19,018 nucleotides of DNA, taken from assembly GCA_038108555.1 (NCBI GenBank), contig JAYNIA010000049.1, forward strand, positions 1 to 19,018, written 5' to 3'. Source of the stretch: Nitrospinota bacterium (GTDB lineage Bacteria > Nitrospinota > Nitrospinia > Nitrospinales > VA-1). Below the pieces are notes generated by a model. That model was not told the DNA's origin. It searched no databases and saw only the letters and a list, made by a program, of their open reading frames with translations. The translations under genes were made by a program, and so were the position numbers. This document shows positions 8,685 to 17,718 of this stretch, piece by piece; the stretch's first letter is position 1, and every line of letters begins with the position of its first letter.

Positions 8685-8873
8685 GCTTAAAATCAAATTT
8701 TTACCGTCCAAACCCCAAATTCCCCAATTAAAAAGTAAATTCAGCAGTTGTCAGGGGCATCATGTTAAAAAATTTTAATTTTTTTCCAACTCATTTTATT
8801 ATATTTTTATACCGTAGTTTTTCTTCGAAGTACCTCATTTTAAATCCATTTTCACAATTTTAAGGTAGTAAGC

Positions 8874-9866
8874 ATGGTTCAAAAAATCGATGAAATTACG
8901 GATCAAGTCAATCAGGCCAGCGGATTCATCCCACCCCTATTGCATGAGTTGAATCAAGTCATGGTGGGGCAAAAGTATCTTACTGAAAGATTGGTCCTTG
9001 GCCTGTTGACGGGAGAACATATCCTACTCGAAGGGGTTCCCGGTCTGGCAAAAACCACCTCCGTAAAAACTCTCGCACAATCGGTGAAAGTAGATTTCAA
9101 GCGAATTCAGTTCACGCCGGACTTACTTCCGGCAGACCTTCTGGGCACACAGGTCTATCAACCCAAAACCGGTGAGTTTGAAATAAAAAAGGGGCCGCTT
9201 TTCTCGAATATCATTTTAGCGGATGAGATCAACCGCGCTCCCGCAAAAGTTCAGAGCGCTTTATTGGAAGCCATGCAGGAACGGCAGATCACCATAGCGG
9301 GAAGCACTTTTCCTTTGGATGAACCTTTTATGGTGATTGCTACACAGAACCCAATCGAACAGGAGGGTACCTACCCATTACCGGAAGCCCAGGTAGATCG
9401 ATTCATGCTGAAGCTGCATATTGATTATCCATCTAAAGAGGAGGAAAAGTTAATCATGCAGAGGATGTCATTCAGCAATGAACCTTATCAGGTCAAACCG
9501 GTGGTCGATCCTGCAGATATAATAGCGGCCCGAAAAGTAATTGATTCCATTTATATCGATGAGAATTTGCAGGACTATATTATCAATCTGGTTTCAGCAA
9601 CTCGAGATCCCAAGGCAAATTCACTCTCATCCTATGCCGGGATGATTCAATTCGGAGCTTCTCCACGCGCATCGATATTCCTGAACCGCGCAGCAAAAGC
9701 CTATGCCTTCTTGCAAAGGCGGGGATATGTAGTTCCGCACGACATTAAAAGCATCGGCCTGGATGTTCTCAGGCACAGGGTCATTCTCACTTATGAAGCG
9801 GAAGCAGAAAATGTAACCGCAGATGACATTTTAAAATCTCTCTTTGACACCATTGAAGTTCCCTGA
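8874..9866 (+). CDS. moxR: MoxR-family AAA+ ATPase
   Basis: Walker A GVPGLAKT, RIQFTPDLLPAD, Walker B LADEINRA, ATQNPIEQEGTYPLPEAQVDRF and GASPRA. Confidence 0.96.
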   Translation: MVQKIDEITDQVNQASGFIPPLLHELNQVMVGQKYLTERLVLGLLTGEHILLEGVPGLAKTTSVKTLAQSVKVDFKRIQFTPDLLPADLLGTQVYQPKTGEFEIKKGPLFSNIILADEINRAPAKVQSALLEAMQERQITIAGSTFPLDEPFMVIATQNPIEQEGTYPLPEAQVDRFMLKLHIDYPSKEEEKLIMQRMSFSNEPYQVKPVVDPADIIAARKVIDSIYIDENLQDYIINLVSATRDPKANSLSSYAGMIQFGASPRASIFLNRAAKAYAFLQRRGYVVPHDIKSIGLDVLRHRVILTYEAEAENVTADDILKSLFDTIEVP

Positions 9867-9872
9867 TCTCCC

Positions 9873-10820
9873 ATGTTCCAAACACTTTCCAAAAATTTTC
9901 GAGAATGGTTCAGCATTCCGGTTCCCCCACCTGAAAAAGAAAACCAGCTTTCGCCGGAACTATTGCAAAGAATAAAATCCATCCAGGTAAAAACCAATTA
10001 CATGGTCAACGACATCATGGCTGGAGAATATGTTTCCGCTTTTAAAGGCCGGGGAATGGAATTCAGTGAAGTGCGGGAGTATCAACCAGGTGATGATGTG
10101 CGGTTGATCGACTGGAACGTTACGGCACGCATGAATCAGCCATTCATTAAAGAATTTATTGAGGAAAGAGAACTCACTTTAATGCTTTTGGTGGATGTCA
10201 GTTCATCGGGGAGTTTTGGTTCCGACCAAAAGTTTAAAAATGAAATTGCCGCCGAGGTCGCATCTATCCTTGCTTTTGCCGCGATTAAAAACAATGACAA
10301 GATCGGCCTCATCATCTTCTCTGACAAAATCGAGCATTATATTCCACCCAAAAAAGGGAAAGGCCATATTTGGAATATCATCCGCACCATTTTAAGCTTC
10401 AAACCTGAAGGAAAAGGGACGAACCTGTCTTTACCACTGGAATACTTATTAAAGATTCAAAAAAAGAAGGCGACCACCTTTCTGATCTCAGATTTTCAGG
10501 ATGAAAACTATGAGTCGCAATTAAAACTGGCCCAACAACGATTTGACCTCATCGCCATCAATATTGTTGATCCTCGAGAAGAATCTCTCCCCGATGTCGG
10601 CATGCTCTTGCTTGAGGACTCGGAAACAGGAAAGAAAATTCTGGTGAATACCCATGACAAGGAAATCCGTAAAAAACATGAGGCTATTTGTATTAAAAAA
10701 CGACAAGACCCAAAAATTTTTTTACATTCACTGGGTATTGACAATATTTATTTTTTAAAAAAAAAATATTTAACCTATCCCATTATCAAATATTTCAAAT
10801 TCCGGGAAAAGAAACATTAA
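9873..10820 (+). CDS. DUF58-family vWA-like MoxR partner
   Basis: G.GMEFSEVREYQPGDDVRLIDWNVTAR, LLVDVSSS and LISDF motifs. Directly follows moxR. Confidence 0.93.
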   Translation: MFQTLSKNFREWFSIPVPPPEKENQLSPELLQRIKSIQVKTNYMVNDIMAGEYVSAFKGRGMEFSEVREYQPGDDVRLIDWNVTARMNQPFIKEFIEERELTLMLLVDVSSSGSFGSDQKFKNEIAAEVASILAFAAIKNNDKIGLIIFSDKIEHYIPPKKGKGHIWNIIRTILSFKPEGKGTNLSLPLEYLLKIQKKKATTFLISDFQDENYESQLKLAQQRFDLIAINIVDPREESLPDVGMLLLEDSETGKKILVNTHDKEIRKKHEAICIKKRQDPKIFLHSLGIDNIYFLKKKYLTYPIIKYFKFREKKH

Positions 10821-11258
10821 ATGAGCGACTCTAAAATACCCGTGTCCGGGGTTAGCGGCAAACTAAAGGCATTTGTATACATATTGACCGGGGTCACCCT
10901 CTTTGCGTTTATTGCGTTCTTCACAAAACTAATTACAAAAAATCGAATTCCTGCAAAACAGGCAATCGAACTTAAAGACCCTCGGATTCAGGAACTTATG
11001 AAGGCCGGAGAAAAACTGCAACAGGCAGGATTATTAGAGCGGGCTCTGGATCAATACATAGAAATATGGGGTATGAGTAAAACCACCGCATCCGAAAGGG
11101 CGGACGCTGGAATCTCGGCAGGCATTCTTTACCAAAAACTGGGAAATTGTAAAGAGTCACTTGTATGGCTGTTCCGTGCCGAAGCCGCTAATCCAGAAAA
11201 GTCAACCGAGCTACAGCCTCACATTGACACCTGCATTGCAAAAACAACAAGTCCATGA
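10821..11258 (+). CDS. Membrane-anchored TPR-like protein
   Basis: N-terminal hydrophobic helix followed by TPR-like helices (AGEKLQQAGLLERALDQY; AGILYQKLGNCKESLVWLFRA). Abuts DUF58 and overlaps the next gene by ATGA. Confidence 0.7.
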   Translation: MSDSKIPVSGVSGKLKAFVYILTGVTLFAFIAFFTKLITKNRIPAKQAIELKDPRIQELMKAGEKLQQAGLLERALDQYIEIWGMSKTTASERADAGISAGILYQKLGNCKESLVWLFRAEAANPEKSTELQPHIDTCIAKTTSP

Positions 11259-12223
11259 AAAAGCGGGAATACTTATCAAAGTCTATTCTTATTTACACCT
11301 TGATCATTTTCTGCTTATTACCCCTGCAAGCATGGAGCAGCGACCCCGTATCGGTTAAGGAACAGGTCGATGTCACGCACCCCACCCTGGGAGATATACT
11401 TACCTACTCCCTGACAGTGACTCATGATCCCGATATTATTTTAAAGGGCCCCGAATACGAGATACCTGAAGGAACCGAAAAAGTTGATAGTGGAAATTCC
11501 AAGCCTGTAAAAACAGGCCCGCAAACTTCCCAGGAATTCTGGTTAAAAATACGAATAGACAAAACGGGTCCCATTACTTTCCCTTCCATTCCTGTGTGGT
11601 TTGATGCGCCTGGCCAAAACAACCAAGTTGTACAAGGAAAAATAATGACGTCGGAGCTCATCATAGAAATACAGTCTCTTTTGGAGCTTGAGGGAAATGC
11701 TTCTGACATCAAGGATATTAAACCCATTGCTGAAATTAAGGCACCCTGGATGCATTACATCTGGAAATCACTAGGAGTGTTATGTATTTTAGCGCTTGCC
11801 TATTTTATCTGGAAAAACTGGCAGAAAAAATCCAATAAAAAATCAGACCCTATTGTCCTCCTGACCGCCGAAGAAAAAGCCATGAAAGAATTGCGTGAGC
11901 TACAAGAACGTGGATGGATGAAACTGGGGCGTATTCAAGATCATTTTTTTGAACTGTCTGAGATTTTTCGCAGATACCTGGAAAACCGTTTTAAGTTTCC
12001 TGCCCAGGAATGGACAACAGAAGAGATTCTACACCACCTCAAAAGTTTTTCCGGTCTGGATGATACCCAAAAACGAGTGGCAAGGTCGATACTCACTGAT
12101 AGCGATATGGTTAAATTTGCCAAGGCACAAGCAATCAAGGACCCAATCGATCCCGTCATCCAATTTATTAAAGACGCAACCCCAGCTAAAGGAAAACCTG
12201 AAGCTCAGGTTTCTGCGGACTGA
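11255..12223 (+). CDS. Bat-locus single-pass protein (signal peptide, BatD-like beta domain, TM, helical C-terminus; DUF4381-like)
   Basis: Signal-like N-terminus, DIKDIKP motif before a TM helix, then LSEIFRRYLE...WTTEE...DMVKFAK. Typical of the gene between DUF58 and batA. Confidence 0.78.
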   Translation: MKKREYLSKSILIYTLIIFCLLPLQAWSSDPVSVKEQVDVTHPTLGDILTYSLTVTHDPDIILKGPEYEIPEGTEKVDSGNSKPVKTGPQTSQEFWLKIRIDKTGPITFPSIPVWFDAPGQNNQVVQGKIMTSELIIEIQSLLELEGNASDIKDIKPIAEIKAPWMHYIWKSLGVLCILALAYFIWKNWQKKSNKKSDPIVLLTAEEKAMKELRELQERGWMKLGRIQDHFFELSEIFRRYLENRFKFPAQEWTTEEILHHLKSFSGLDDTQKRVARSILTDSDMVKFAKAQAIKDPIDPVIQFIKDATPAKGKPEAQVSAD

Positions 12224-12230
12224 ATAAATC

Positions 12231-13229
12231 ATGAGCTTTTTCCAATTCCAAGACCCCTGGTTGCTTCTGTTATTTTTGTTAATTCCCTATTTTATATTCA
12301 GGACCAACAAAAATAATCAGCCGACAATTAAATATTCGTCTATCGGTACCTTGCAGGCCATTCGATCGGCTCAGACCGATTTATTAGCAGCTCTTCCGAT
12401 TACCCTTCGAGTAATCACCCTTTCCCTGTTAATTCTCGCACTTGCCCGCCCACAAGAGGGACATAAAAGTACGGAAATACTTTCCGTAGGTGTTGACATC
12501 ATGTTGGCACTGGATACTTCAGGAAGCATGCAAGCCTTGGATTTCCTCAAAAATGAAAAACGGGATACTCGGTTGGCGATGGTTAAAGATGTTGTATCCC
12601 AATTTATAGAAAATCGCCCGAACGATAGAATGGGAATGGTGGTGTTTGGCTCTCAGGCTTATACCCAATGCCCACTCACATTAGACCAGGGAATCCTTCA
12701 ATCTTTTCTCAGTAAGCTGGAAATCGGAATGGCGGGAGACTCTACCGCCATAGGTTCAGCCATTGGCATAGCCACCAAACGTCTGAAGGATCTTGAATCG
12801 GACTCGAAGCTCATTATCCTTTTAACTGACGGAAGGAATAATGCGGGGAACCTCCCTCCCCTTCAGGCAGCTCAAGCCGCAAAAGCTTTTGGCATTAAAA
12901 TTCATACCATCGGAGTGGGAACCCGGGGAAAGGCACCTTTCCTGGTTAATTCCATTTTCGGACAGCGTTATGTTTACCAGCAGGTGGACATTGACGAAGA
13001 CACGCTTAAAGAAATATCCGAGCTTACTGGAGGTCAATATTTCCGAGCCACTGACCTTGAGTCCTTAAAAGAAATTTACAAGAAAATCGATGAGATGGAA
13101 AAGTCCGAAGTCAAAGTCATCGATCACTCAGAATACACAGAGCTGTTCCATTACTTCCTGATTCCCGGAATACTTTTTCTAATTTTGGAAATTGTACTCT
13201 CCAACACAATTTTGAGGAGGATCCCATAA
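12231..13229 (+). CDS. batA: BatA-like vWA membrane protein
   Basis: N-terminal F..PWLLLL double-TM segment, LARPQ, MIDAS DTSGS, CPLTLD, TAIG, LLTDG, TGGQYFRA and a C-terminal TM. Confidence 0.9.
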   Translation: MSFFQFQDPWLLLLFLLIPYFIFRTNKNNQPTIKYSSIGTLQAIRSAQTDLLAALPITLRVITLSLLILALARPQEGHKSTEILSVGVDIMLALDTSGSMQALDFLKNEKRDTRLAMVKDVVSQFIENRPNDRMGMVVFGSQAYTQCPLTLDQGILQSFLSKLEIGMAGDSTAIGSAIGIATKRLKDLESDSKLIILLTDGRNNAGNLPPLQAAQAAKAFGIKIHTIGVGTRGKAPFLVNSIFGQRYVYQQVDIDEDTLKEISELTGGQYFRATDLESLKEIYKKIDEMEKSEVKVIDHSEYTELFHYFLIPGILFLILEIVLSNTILRRIP

Positions 13230-13230
13230 A

Positions 13231-14238
13231 ATGAAATTTGGCGAACCCTCCCTTTTTCACCTTTTGTGGATTTTAATTCCTTTTCTTTTTCTGCTGGTTT
13301 GGGGCAATCGCAAAAAATACGATCTTCTCATCCAATTTTGCGGAAAAAACCTATTCTCCAAACTTGTGGCACCAGATTTTAAAGAACAGTTAAAACTCCG
13401 AACCATATGTATGGCTTTCACCCTGTTATTTTTACTGCTGGCCCTTATCCGTCCTCAATGGGGTTACAAATGGGAAGATTTAAAACAGGAAGGTGTTGAT
13501 ATTATCATCGCGCTCGACGTATCTCGCAGTATGCTGGCGGAAGATATAAAGCCAAATCGTCTGGAGCGGGCAAAACGTAAAATCTCGGATCTGTTAAATA
13601 TGCTTCATGGAGACCGTGTCGGGCTGGTGGCATTTGCAGGGACTTCCTTTGTCCAATGCCCACTTACGCTGGACTATTCTGCAGCCCGTATTTTTCTCAA
13701 TGCGATTGATACGAATCTCATTCCGGTCCAGGGAACGGCATTGGGTGAAGCGTTGCGGAAATCGATCAAGGCCTTTCGTTCCGATGCGAAAAAATCCAAA
13801 GCCCTCATTCTCATAACCGATGGTGAAGACCAAACCGGTCAAGCCATGGAAGCTGCAAAAGAAGCCCGCGAAGCAGGAGTTAAGGTCTATACCATCGGCA
13901 TAGGAAAAGAAATTGGAGCCCCCTTGCCGAATCCCGATCAAGCCGGGGGTTTTCTAAAAAATAAAGACGGGGAAGTTGTACTCACTAAATTAGATGAAAC
14001 AATCTTGCAGAAAATCTCTCTGGAAACCGGAGGCAGTTACGTTCGTTCCGTGACAGGGGACATCGACCTGAAAGCTATTTATCTCGACCAGATTAGCAAG
14101 AAAATGGAAAAGAAAAAGTTTAAATCCGAAAGAAGGAAAATCTGGCAGGAGCGTTTTCAATGGTTTATTTTTTGCGCCCTGTTGTTTTTAATATTTGAAA
14201 CAAATTTATCTGTCAAAAAGCGGGAACCGTCCTCCTAA
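13231..14238 (+). CDS. batB: BatB-like vWA membrane protein
   Basis: LIRPQWG, MIDAS DVSRS, PNRLERAK, CPLTLD, ITDGED, VLTKLDE..L and C-terminal ERFQWF TM. Confidence 0.9.
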   Translation: MKFGEPSLFHLLWILIPFLFLLVWGNRKKYDLLIQFCGKNLFSKLVAPDFKEQLKLRTICMAFTLLFLLLALIRPQWGYKWEDLKQEGVDIIIALDVSRSMLAEDIKPNRLERAKRKISDLLNMLHGDRVGLVAFAGTSFVQCPLTLDYSAARIFLNAIDTNLIPVQGTALGEALRKSIKAFRSDAKKSKALILITDGEDQTGQAMEAAKEAREAGVKVYTIGIGKEIGAPLPNPDQAGGFLKNKDGEVVLTKLDETILQKISLETGGSYVRSVTGDIDLKAIYLDQISKKMEKKKFKSERRKIWQERFQWFIFCALLFLIFETNLSVKKREPSS

Positions 14239-14298
14239 AAATGGTCTGCATTTGCTTTGCAGATTTTGTTACAATAGATTAGTTAGCAATACGGAACC

Positions 14299-14331
14299 TT
14301 GACATAATGGATTGAAAGTTTTATTCCATTA
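14299..14331 (+). promoter_or_regulatory. Putative promoter with overlapping inverted repeat upstream of yccA
   Basis: TTGACA at 14299-14304, immediately followed by TAATGGA-N13-TCCATTA (14305-14331). The -10 match is poor (TATTCC). Confidence 0.35.
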
Positions 14332-14388
14332 GAAATATATGAATCAGTCAATATTTTGAAGAAATAGTAATCTGAAAGGAAAAAAATA

Positions 14389-15090
14389 ATGCAAAATTCC
14401 CCTCGAACCATGAGTGTAGATGCCGTTGCAGGAGAACAGCAACGGTTTATGGTGCGTGTCTATAACTGGATGGCTGCGGGTCTAGCCATCACCGGGTTTA
14501 TGGCTTTTTATGTGGCCAATTCACCGACATTTTTCAATATTGTGATGGGCAACCCAATTATCCCCATTGTTCTCATAATCGCCCAAATTGGACTTGTGTT
14601 TTGGCTCGCTGCCCGTGTCATGCAAATGAGCGCCAGTCAGGCAACTGGAGTATTTTTTCTTTATGCCGGTTTAACCGGAATAACATTCTCCACATTATTT
14701 GTTGTATACACGGCGGCCTCCATAACCTCCACATTTTTAGTAACAGCAGGAACCTTTGGCGCAATGAGTCTTTATGGTTATACAACCAAGAAAGACCTGA
14801 CTTCCTGGGGCAGCTTTTTATTCATGGGTTTGATCGGCATCATCATTGCCTCGCTGGTTAATATGTTTATGCAAAACCATATGATGCATATGATCATAAC
14901 TTACGCAGGGGTTCTAATTTTCGTAGGCCTAACTGCTTATGACACCCAAAAAATCAAAGAGATGAATATTTTGGGTAACGAAGGTACCGATGAAGATACA
15001 AAAGAAGCGATTCGAGGTGCCCTCACCCTTTATCTTGATTTTATAAACCTCTTCCTGATGCTCCTGAGATTAATGGGAGATAGAAGATAA
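14389..15090 (+). CDS. Bax inhibitor-1/YccA family membrane protein
   Basis: About 7 hydrophobic helices. VYNWMAAGLAIT, YGYTTKKDL, GLTAYDTQKIK and GALTLYLDFINLF motifs. Confidence 0.95.
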   Translation: MQNSPRTMSVDAVAGEQQRFMVRVYNWMAAGLAITGFMAFYVANSPTFFNIVMGNPIIPIVLIIAQIGLVFWLAARVMQMSASQATGVFFLYAGLTGITFSTLFVVYTAASITSTFLVTAGTFGAMSLYGYTTKKDLTSWGSFLFMGLIGIIIASLVNMFMQNHMMHMIITYAGVLIFVGLTAYDTQKIKEMNILGNEGTDEDTKEAIRGALTLYLDFINLFLMLLRLMGDRR

Positions 15091-15116
15091 CCTTCTTTAA
15101 TTAATCCTTTACATCA

Positions 15117-15138
15117 GATTCCCGCTTCGGCGGGAATC
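15117..15138. repeat. Perfect GC-rich hairpin with C(UUCG)G tetraloop (REP-like element or weak terminator)
   Basis: GATTCCCGC-TTCG-GCGGGAATC, a 9-bp stem with only a weak U tail (GGCTTTCATTT). Confidence 0.6.
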
Positions 15139-15155
15139 GGCTTTCATTTAAATTT

Positions 15156-15929
15156 ATGGATTGCAAACTTCGAGTCAGACCCATTCTCGTCGTTGGCCTT
15201 CTTGTTCTTTGGATAAACTCCCCTGCGCATGCCGACAAGGCAGACTCAAATATTCAGGAAGGTCTGAGTCAATATCGGGAAGGCCTCTTCCCCGAAGCCG
15301 AGAAAAATTTTTCAGAAGCCCGCACCAGCCGACCCAAAGACCGACGTCTGGATTACAATCTAGGAAGCTCCTTTTACAAACAAGGGAAGTTCCAGGAAGC
15401 ACTCCAGGACTATACCCATGCCGCGCTTGATGAGTCTAACCCCGAGCTTAAAAAGAATTCGATCTACAACTCCGGTAATGCCCTTTTCAAAATGGGAAAG
15501 CTAAAAGAAGCGGAAGAGGCTTACAAAAAAGTATTGTACTTGGACCCTTCCGATATGGATGCAAAATTCAACCTGGAATTTGTGCGGCAACAAATGAAAA
15601 AACAGGAGGAACAAAAGAAAAAGTCCGACGACAAAGATTCATCCCAACAAAACAAAGACGAGTCAGAGCCGCAAAAATCAGAAGATCAGAAAAAAAAAGA
15701 AAAAGAACAACCCAAGCAAGACCCATCTCAACAAGCTGAAAACGAACAGACTGAAAACAAACAGGATCAAAATAACCCTGAAAAAATGGCCCAGACCAAT
15801 CCACAGGAATTGAGCGAAGAAGAAGCGGAACAATTGTTGGGAAATATTTCAGAAGATCTTAGAAAAATCAGTCAAATGCAAGCGGCAAAAAACAAACCCG
15901 CCAAACCCTATAACAGCAATCTCTGGTAA
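15156..15929 (+). CDS. batC: BatC-like TPR protein with Q/K/E/D-rich linker
   Basis: Signal-like N-terminus (AHA), TPRs (YNLGSSFYKQG, YNSGNALFKMG, DAKFNLE), low-complexity linker and LSEEEAEQLL...W C-terminus. Confidence 0.82.
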   Translation: MDCKLRVRPILVVGLLVLWINSPAHADKADSNIQEGLSQYREGLFPEAEKNFSEARTSRPKDRRLDYNLGSSFYKQGKFQEALQDYTHAALDESNPELKKNSIYNSGNALFKMGKLKEAEEAYKKVLYLDPSDMDAKFNLEFVRQQMKKQEEQKKKSDDKDSSQQNKDESEPQKSEDQKKKEKEQPKQDPSQQAENEQTENKQDQNNPEKMAQTNPQELSEEEAEQLLGNISEDLRKISQMQAAKNKPAKPYNSNLW

Positions 15930-15936
15930 ACAGATA

Positions 15937-17718
15937 ATGTTTCGAAAGCACGGAATATTGGCTTTTATAATTTGGCTGTTACTTACAGCACCGGCATTTG
16001 GTGATGAAATTCAAGTGATGGCCACGGTGGATCGAAATCAAATCACCCTGGAAGACAGCCTGAACTTATCCATAACCATTAAAGGAACCCAGGACACCCC
16101 TCCACCGGAGTTACCCCCTTTGCCTGATTTTCGCGTGACCTCATCTGGAACTTCATCTTCAACCCAGATTATAAATATGTCACGAAGCGTTTCCATAACT
16201 CACAATTATCGATTGACTCCCATGAGCACTGGCAAATTTAAAATTGGCCCCGCTCATATTCAGGCAAACAATAAGGTCTATTCCACTCAACCCATCGATA
16301 TCGTTGTTAATAAATCCACAACCCCCAGTCAATCGGGCAACCGTCCTGCATTTGTTGAAACAAGCATATCGAAAAAGGAGGCCTTTGTTGGGGAACAATT
16401 AATTTATTCATTTAAATTATATTACCGGGTGGAAGCCAAAAACTTTGATTTGAGTATGCCGTTTGGTGCCACCTATTTTCAAAAAGAAGAATTAGGAAAA
16501 GCAAAAAGTTATCAGACCGTAGTGAATGGCATTCAATATCATGTCCAGGAAGTATCGGTAGCATTATTTCCAATCAAACCCGGAAAAGCCGAAATTCCGC
16601 CTTCCATTCTTGAGTTTGATATTTATCATCGCACCCGGAACCGAATGAACGGAGGGGTCTTTGACCAGTTTTTCAATGATCCCTTTTTCAGTCAGACAAC
16701 CCGGGCTGAGCATAAGGTATTGCGGACCGACCCTATAACCGTAAACATTTCCCCTCTGCCGGAAAAAGGAAAGCCTGATGGGTTTAAAAACACCATTGGA
16801 GAATTCAAAATCTCCGCCAGCCTTGGAAAAGATGATTTGGAAGTCGGCGATACGACAACCCTGACTATTACGGTGTCAGGAAAAGGAAGTTTGCGGAATG
16901 TTTTATTCCCTGAACCGGACCTGGATGATCTGTTTAAAATTTATCCCGACCAACCCGAATTCAATCAATCTGTAAATGGAAACCAAATTACAGGAACGAA
17001 AGTTTTTAAATATGCGTTGGTTCCATTAAAACCCGGCCCAAAAGAATTGCCAGCCTTCACTCTTCCTTATTTTGACCCAAATAAAAAAGAATATCGTCAG
17101 GTAAGTACCATTCCGAGAAGAATCAATGTTCGCCCTTCCTCTTCGGATGAAGCCTTAAATCTGGTCCAATCCAATGCTCCGGGGAATTCGGTTTCCCAAC
17201 CCGAAATTGAAATACTGGGAGAAGATATTCTTCCGATTCATACTCAATTGGAAGATTTCCAAAATATAGATTCCAATTTCAGTATTCCGACCCTTTTGGG
17301 ATTCCTCTCCCCTCCTTTGGTTTTTCTCATCGCTACCGTGGTAATTCGTCAACAAAAACGTCTCACCACAGATTTGGCTTTCTTTAGGAGACAAAACGCA
17401 TACAAAACCGCCACTCAAAAACTGAAGAACCTGAAAGACTCGACAGACACAGATTCGAAAAAGTTTGTAAGCGAACTCTCAGAGATTTTACGAGCATATA
17501 TTGGCGACAAGCTCAATATGGAGGGAAAAGCCATAACAGCAGCAGAGGTGGAACATAAATTAAATGCATCTGATTTTAAAACGGACGATGTTGACAGCAC
17601 GCGAAAACTACTGGAAAAATTTGAAGCGCTTCAATACGCACCTGAATCGTCAGGAAACAAACAGGAACTGCTGAACGAATCACAAGAGCTTATTAAAACT
17701 CTGGAGAATCAATCTTGA
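15937..17718 (+). CDS. batD: BatD-family protein
   Basis: Signal peptide, repeated beta-rich domains (ATVDRNQI, FVGEQLIY, VGDTTTLTITVSGKG), LPYFDP...Y, a TM helix and a helical C-terminal domain. Confidence 0.88.
   Translation: MFRKHGILAFIIWLLLTAPAFGDEIQVMATVDRNQITLEDSLNLSITIKGTQDTPPPELPPLPDFRVTSSGTSSSTQIINMSRSVSITHNYRLTPMSTGKFKIGPAHIQANNKVYSTQPIDIVVNKSTTPSQSGNRPAFVETSISKKEAFVGEQLIYSFKLYYRVEAKNFDLSMPFGATYFQKEELGKAKSYQTVVNGIQYHVQEVSVALFPIKPGKAEIPPSILEFDIYHRTRNRMNGGVFDQFFNDPFFSQTTRAEHKVLRTDPITVNISPLPEKGKPDGFKNTIGEFKISASLGKDDLEVGDTTTLTITVSGKGSLRNVLFPEPDLDDLFKIYPDQPEFNQSVNGNQITGTKVFKYALVPLKPGPKELPAFTLPYFDPNKKEYRQVSTIPRRINVRPSSSDEALNLVQSNAPGNSVSQPEIEILGEDILPIHTQLEDFQNIDSNFSIPTLLGFLSPPLVFLIATVVIRQQKRLTTDLAFFRRQNAYKTATQKLKNLKDSTDTDSKKFVSELSEILRAYIGDKLNMEGKAITAAEVEHKLNASDFKTDDVDSTRKLLEKFEALQYAPESSGNKQELLNESQELIKTLENQS

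Noticed and set aside
10749..10833. Programmed -1 frameshift at T TTT TTA / A AAA AAA in DUF58
   Set aside because: The -1 frame stops at about 10833 with no fusion product, and there is no obvious downstream stimulatory structure.
14283..14331. CIRCE, sigma32 or ECF promoter upstream of yccA (TTAGCA, TTGAAA..CCAT, GGAAC)
   Set aside because: Second half-sites are absent or the spacings do not fit the consensus.
15590..15800. A-rich low-complexity stretch in batC, including an A9 run
   Set aside because: It encodes the Q/K/E/D-rich linker typical of BatC, and the frame is intact.
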